Of a stretch of 64,000 bases of DNA, positions 62,200-64,000 are shown in pieces. The notes under the pieces are model-generated. The model did no database searches, was not told the origin of the DNA, and saw only the letters and a list, made by a program, of their open reading frames with translations. Source of the DNA: Mobula hypostoma (taxonomy: Eukaryota); the NCBI RefSeq assembly GCF_963921235.1, contig NC_086108.1, forward strand, positions 39,310,001 to 39,374,000, in the 5' to 3' direction. Numbering within the stretch: the first letter of the stretch is position 1; each line of letters begins with the position of its first letter. The position numbers were made by a program, and so were the translations under genes.

Positions 62200-64000
62200 C
62201 ATTGGAGCTTATTGTTATACGACCAAGAGCTAGGATAAGAGGCTCTGAGTGTCCAGTGTGTTGGTGTGGGAGAGCATTTTCCAGCATTAAAGGTTTACAA
62301 GTCCACCAAGCAAAGTTGAGGTGCTATTCCATCCCAGTGGATGAAGATGAGATTACGTCACCAAGCACAGATGATGTGGTCTTTTCAACCACTGATTCAC
62401 AAGCCACAGCGATTCGCTCTGGAGAGAGTCATCATACTCCTGGTCAGACGAGAGATAACCCAGGTCAGGTTTCAGACCACAGCACCCAGGTAGATCCTTC
62501 GCATGATGGCAGTGATGAGGAGGTAGAGAAGAAGAGGAAGGTCAAGTGGCCAGCAATGGCAGATGAGAAGGCTTGGCGTGTATTTGATGAGGATATCAGT
62601 ATGATATTGGAGAACACTCTCAGGGGAACAACAAAGAGAAAGTTGGAAGTGATGGGCAATATGATTTACGATGTTGGAAAGTACAGGTTTGGTTTGCTTG
62701 AATTGAAGAAAGCAAAGCCTACACAGCAACCAAGCAGGTGCCAGAAGGAGATTAGGAGGTTGAGGAGACAGCTTAGATCGTTGAGACAGAGGTGGAAGGT
62801 AGCAAGTAAGAGTGACAAGCCAGGGCTTTCTGATCTCTGAGGGCATTTTGGAATAAAGTTAGCATCACTCCATCATGCAGAGTCACAACATAAAGAGAAA
62901 GAAGAGAGAGAAGGCAAGAAAGTCGTTCTTTAAGAACCCTCATGAGTTCACAGAGAAACTGTTTGAACAAAGTAAGAGCGGGCAGATTAACATCTCTCAA
63001 CAAGAACTTGAGGATCACCTGGCAAGCACTTACTCTAACGAACAGCGGGAGGCTCCTTTGCTTGATATTTCAGGGCCTGTGAAGCCTACCAAGCCAGGAG
63101 TGAAGTTCAATCTGTCAGAACCCAAATTGGCAGAAGTCAAATGGTTTCATCAGAAAGGTAAGGTCAGGCTCAGTGCCAGGACTTAATGGAGTGCCGTATA
63201 AGGTGTTCAAGAAGTGTGAACAGCTGAGGAAGTACTTGTGGAGATTGTTAGAGGTGGTGTGGAGACAAGGTGTTTTTCCTTTGTTGTGGAGTGAGACTGA
63301 AGGAGTATACATCCCGAAGGAAGAGAATTCTTCTACATTGAATCAGTTCCGACCAATTTCACTCCTGAATATAGAGGGGAGGATTATGTTTGACATTCTG
63401 GCAGAAAGAATATCTTCATTTGTGATAGAGAATGGATTAGTAAATACGTCTGTGCAGAAGGCAGGAATACCAGGCTTCCCAGGATGCGTTGAACATTCTA
63501 GTATGATATGGCATACTATCCAGGAGTCAAAAAGGTTGAGAAGAAATCTGGCTGTAGTTTGGCCTGATCTGGCAAATGCTTATGGTTCTGTTCCCCATGT
63601 CCTGATTGAGTTTGTGATGGAATTCCTGTGGATTCCTGCTAAGGTGAGGAACTTTGTTATGCAGTACTACAACGATTTCCAGATGAGGTTTTCCACTCAG
63701 CAGTTTACAACTAGGTGGCAGAGCTTGGATGTTGGAATCCCAATGGGATGTGTGATTTCACCCATCCTTTTTGTGTTAGCCATGGAGGTCATTGTGAGGG
63801 CTGCAGAATCAGTGGGACCAGGTGTCGCACTTGATGGCAGAGAGGAATTACCACCAATATGAGCGTTCATGGCTGATCTTACCCTTTTGGGTTGCAGCAC
63901 GGAGGCAGTGGAAAATGTACTATCTAGACTCAAGAAGCTAATGGATTGGGGAAGAATGAAGTTCAAGACCAAGAAGTCAAGGAGCCTTGTTCTTAGGAGA
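62200..64000 (+). mobile_element. HERO-like (R2-group) non-LTR retrotransposon, disrupted, running off the window
   Basis: N-terminal Zn finger CWCGRAFSSIKGLQVHQAKLRC; RT motifs FRPISLLNIEG, QKAGIPGFPGCVEH, DLANAYGSVPH, GIPMGCVISPILF; stops and frameshifts present. Confidence 0.85.

Noticed and set aside
1..64000. CRISPR arrays, prokaryotic operons, rRNA or endogenous viral genes; C1orf53 or LHX9 exons
   Set aside because: None recognised; all RT, integrase and nuclease fragments are explained by known retroelement classes

Overview
This is eukaryotic, repeat-rich vertebrate genomic DNA. The repeat content (V-domain SINEs, CR1 LINEs, Neptune-type Penelope-like elements) suggests a cartilaginous fish, though the taxon is inferred. 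The only host gene I can support is the 5' end of a DENND1B orthologue on the minus strand. Coding exon 1 (18467-18483) and exon 2 (6453-6517) splice in frame to MDCRLKESPERTFDLVFKVTCPTSENE, with a CpG-island promoter at about 18.3-18.9 kb. The rest is intron and upstream intergenic DNA containing decayed CR1 and Rex1/Babar LINEs, SINEs, hAT MITEs, two Gypsy elements, a solo LTR and a HERO-like non-LTR element. The most striking structure is a set of eight TSD-bounded Penelope-like (PLE) insertions. All carry a minimal hammerhead-ribozyme motif (CTGAYGA-stem II-GAAAC-GTC), and five are inverted repeats. These include 185-330 bp hairpin mini-elements with hammerheads on both strands or at the hairpin apex, and a 1-kb palindrome whose two arms come from different sequence variants. 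Hammerheads in PLEs and inverted PLE ends are known in general; the details here are what merit follow-up. Most listed ORFs are TE fragments or chance ORFs.
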